Positions 60,376 through 64,000 of a stretch of DNA of 64,000 nucleotides are shown in pieces (within the stretch, counting starts at the first letter, position 1; the number at the start of each line of letters is the position of its first letter). Source of the stretch: Leucoraja erinacea. Taxonomy: Eukaryota. A program made the translations under genes and the position numbers. Below the pieces are notes generated by a model. The model made no database searches and was not told the DNA's origin. It worked only from the letters and a program-made list of their open reading frames with translations. Where the stretch lies: NCBI RefSeq assembly GCF_028641065.1, contig NC_073382.1, positions 59,210,001 through 59,274,000 on the forward strand, read 5' to 3'.

Positions 60376-61038
60376 GTTAGCACATTTGAAGAGTTGAGTG
60401 CCCCCTACTGTAGAACAATTTGAGAAAAACGGAAGCAGAGGTAGCATGGAAAAAAAGTGTAGATGAGAATGATTGAAGGAAAAAGGAAAGGATGAAGGAT
60501 ACTTTTATTTCAAATTAGCAAAGAGAATTTTACATAGACAATATATGGGAGAAAAAATAATGGACCTTGATCCATTCATGTGAAAATATATAGAGAAATC
60601 CAGCTGCCACACATCCGATTGTGTATGCTACAATTCAGCTTGCCTATGACTACATAGGAAATGTATACCTTTTTTGTAGTGTTTTCTCTCTGACAGATGT
60701 ATTTTTAAGACCCATGTGAAAAAAATTGTCCTGCAAAAAAGCAAACCTATTTGTGGAAAAGGTGCATGCTGCCTCAGTGGACATACACCTATTTGAAAGA
60801 GAGCCGTATCTAGCATACTGTGGCTATACTTTGTTTAGGCAATTGTAATAATCATTCAAAGTCTGCTTGAATTTTTAACAGATGTGTTCTCTTAATTTCT
60901 GTCACATATTGTTAATTACCATCAGCTACTACAAGTGCCGCTGAATCCTGTGGTTGTAGCTTTGCATCTAATTCAGCAGTGTCATCACCTGTTGCTACAT
61001 TATACCATCAGGTTTGTCCTGTAGTGTAAACATGGGAC

Positions 61039-61074
<36 letters not shown>

Positions 61075-61779
61075 ATGCCTCACGTTTTACGCGGAGGATA
61101 CTTGTCTGAAAACTGGCACATAATTCAAAAACGCATAAATTATACACATATACATAAATACACTGTCAGTAGTAAATTTAAGCGCTTTATTCCCAAAATA
61201 TGAGTGTGTAAATCAAGCTTTGATATTAAAGGAACAAGCACATTATTTAAAAAATGCATATATCAAATATGTGTAAAATACAATGTGTTCATTGTTTTTT
61301 CTATTGCAGCTCCATTACCAGTTCAAATTATTTCTGCATTATCTATGGGGTACATAATCTACAGGCCCTGATATATAATTTCATGAAAGGACAAATGGAT
61401 GAAGCCATAATTGTAAACTTTCTGGGTTTTTTTTGAAAATGTGAACCTTTTGTGAACCTTATTCTATGTGAGCGCAAGAATAAAGGGTTATTAAATGTAT
61501 ATAAACACAGTCAGAACTTTGAATGCAGATTTTAGACACCCCAATCCGAAGAGCTATTAACATACAGTGAACCTTCAATGTAGACTTGTTACAGTGATGC
61601 CAAAAATGGGAAATTAATGGTAATACAGAGAGATGAAACGCTGAGATTTCTTTCCCACCAAGCAAATTGAGGCGATTTACTAAAAAGTTGCAAACTGATG
61701 TAGGGTATTGATAATGAAAAGAGAACCATCATTTCCTTTCTTTGGAAAGTCAGTGAGAGGTTGATAATTTAAAATGGTC

Positions 61780-61938
61780 ACAAGATACAAGATACAATTT
61801 ATTTGTCATTTGGACCCCTTGAGCCTTTCTGTAGCCATACATTACAAACACATAGACCCAAGACACAACATAATTTACATAAACATCCATCACATTGCTG
61901 TGATGGAAGGCCAAAAAAAACTTATCTCTCCACTGCAC

Positions 61939-62005
<67 letters not shown>

Positions 62006-62628
62006 AGCCCCCCGGCTGGCGATGGCGATTGTCCCGCGGCCATTAAAGCCACGCTGGGTGATGCAAGGTCGCACACCGGGTCTTGGTGTTAGAGCCCCCG
62101 GCGTGCGCTCGCAGAGTCCCGCGGCCATTCCAAGTCGCGCGGGGCGGTGCTGTAAGGCCCCGCTCCAGGAGCTCTTCGACCCCGCAACACGGGCGGGAGA
62201 AGTCGCTGTTGCGGGAGCCCTGAAAAGCGGTCTCCCTCCAGGGACCCGCGGGCTCCCGGTGCCGCCGTCCGCCAGACCCGCATTTGCAGCCTCCGAATCT
62301 CCGGAGGTCGGGCCGCAGCAGCGCTCCACCACCGCTCCACCCGCTCTGGACTCGGCCAGCTCCGCGACGGTGAGGTGAATAGTCGGCACCAGAGCCCCCG
62401 GTCTTCCTGTTGGAGGCCGCTCCTCGTTGCAGCCCCAACGACAACGGAGACCCGACAAAGAAAAGGTTGGGTCTCCCGTGCAGGGAGAGATTAAAAGTTA
62501 CCCCACCCCCCCCACACACATACCCCAACAAAAAATAACAAAAACTACATAAAAACATAGACAAAAAATAATAAAAACGCAGACGGGCTGCAGAGGCCGC
62601 TGCTGACGAGAGTCGTGCCGCCTACCAG
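61780..62628 (-). mobile_element. GC-rich non-autonomous retroelement containing a poly-C run of about 64 nt (61940-62003)
   Basis: (CAAGATA)n reverse tail; acataaacatccatcac...ctgtgatggaaggc block shared with about 46945 and 56070. Confidence 0.55.
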
Positions 62629-62749
62629 ATAGGCACAGAGATTATCAATGATTTTGTGAATGTGTATATGACAGGGTATGACTAGGACAGAAGTATTGTA
62701 TCCAGTGAGAGAATATTTAATGCTGAGAACAATACAGGGGTAAGGTTTA

Positions 62750-63580
62750 GACTACACTGTCTCCCATCCTGCATGGACTCCTACCCTTTCCCAGTTTCTC
62801 GATCTCCGCCGCATCTGTTTCCAAAATGAAGCTTTTAACTCCTGGACATTTCTTTCAGGAAATCAGACTTCCTTTTGCCCCCATCCACGCACTGTAGTTG
62901 ACCAAGCCTTTACTCGTATCTCCATCATATACTTCACTTCTGATCTCACCCCACCTCGCCTCGGACAGAACAGGGAGAGAGTTCCCTTACTCCTTGCTTT
63001 TCATCCAGCATCCAGCACCTCATTAGTCAACATTTCTGCCATCTAATACAGGATCCCACCATGAGTCTCATCTATGCCTCCTTATTCCTTTTTTTGCAGG
63101 GACTACTGTACATTCCTTTCTTCCCACAGGATCACCCTCCTGCCCAGCCCACCATTGCACTGTTTATTTTCCCTTCATCCCCCCCCATCACCATGGCACT
63201 CCTCCCTTTGGATCCCTTCCATTCCCATTTCCCCACCCCCCTCCCATTGGTCCCATCTGACTCCATCACTTTTTATTTGGTTCCGCTCTGCACCTTCCTT
63301 TCCTAACAAATTCCAAAATCTGCAGTCTTTTGTTCTCTACTTTTCACCACTCAGCCTCTGTTGCTAACTCCACCCTTCCCTACCCCACCTGACACTTATC
63401 TGCCCATCAGCCCACCCCAACAAGTATCCACCTGTCACTAGCTTTTGTCCTACCCTTCCTCCAACCTCTCTATTCTGGCTACTTCCCCTCTGCTTCTGCA
63501 ATTGAGATAAAGGGTCTTTACCCGATAGGTCGACTGTCTATTTGTCTGCACAGATGCTGCCTGGTCTGCTGAGTTTCTTG
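62750..63580 (+). mobile_element. Old Penelope-like fragment
   Basis: ccctttcccagtttctcgatctccgccgcatctgt (PFSQFL.LRRIC-like), pyrimidine-rich 3' region and a decayed terminal repeat. Confidence 0.65.
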
Positions 63581-64000
63581 TATGGCCTGCCCTTTTTGCT
63601 TGCATTATGCTGGAATAAATTGGATAGCTGAAGTGCATTGAATTGTTCTGGAATTGATTAACTGAATAGCTGCGAGCTGTGCTGCAAAGTTCGATGGCTC
63701 TCTTCTATAATGAAATATGGTGAGATCGAAGGTTAATTAGTAACCTTGCAAGTGAAATATCAATTTACCGGCACTGTAGTGTCACACAAGATTTGTTTAA
63801 TGAGAATAAAACACTGCACTGTTCCTGGACCAGAATTATATTTTCAAATCCAATAATATAAATCAAGCCCCTTCACCGAGGAATAATTTGGTTGTGTGCC
63901 TATGTAGTACTTAGAAATTGCATGAATTCCAGAGAGTCCTATACAATAGCATTTGTTATGGCCTTGAGAACATAAAGTAAATGGTTGAATTCTCAGAGGC

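Noticed and set aside
61750-62564. Poly-Pro and poly-Gly ORFs
   Set aside because: They derive from a poly-C run inside a non-coding repeat; homopolymer length is also unreliable in assemblies.

Overview
This is vertebrate genomic DNA, most likely from a cartilaginous fish such as a skate or ray (inferred from HE1-type SINEs and the repeat complement). One host gene dominates: REV1 (Y-family deoxycytidyl transferase) on the + strand. I traced 15 consecutive coding exons by hand from 17017 to 60375. They total 2626 nt (about 875 codons), all have GT-AG boundaries, and all phases are consistent. They cover the BRCT domain, N-digit, catalytic core and little finger; the C-terminal exons appear to lie beyond the window. 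The introns and upstream region are dense with transposable elements: CR1, Rex1/Babar and RTE LINE fragments, Penelope-like (GIY-YIG) pieces and their short terminal repeats, HE1 tRNA-SINEs, a decayed full-length Tc1, several TA-duplicating MITEs, Helitron-like elements and a probable solo LTR. There is one 159-N assembly gap. The most notable structures are: (1) two near-identical MITE copies in inverted orientation that tightly bracket the BRCT-coding exons 3-4; (2) a tRNA-like cloverleaf and long hairpins carried inside that MITE family; (3) many hammerhead-ribozyme-like cores in Penelope-derived repeats, often arranged as foldback pairs; (4) a GC-rich minisatellite of near-CTCF motifs next to a candidate promoter. 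No database searches or folding computations were run. TE family names come from motif recognition and TE boundaries are approximate unless a TSD is given.
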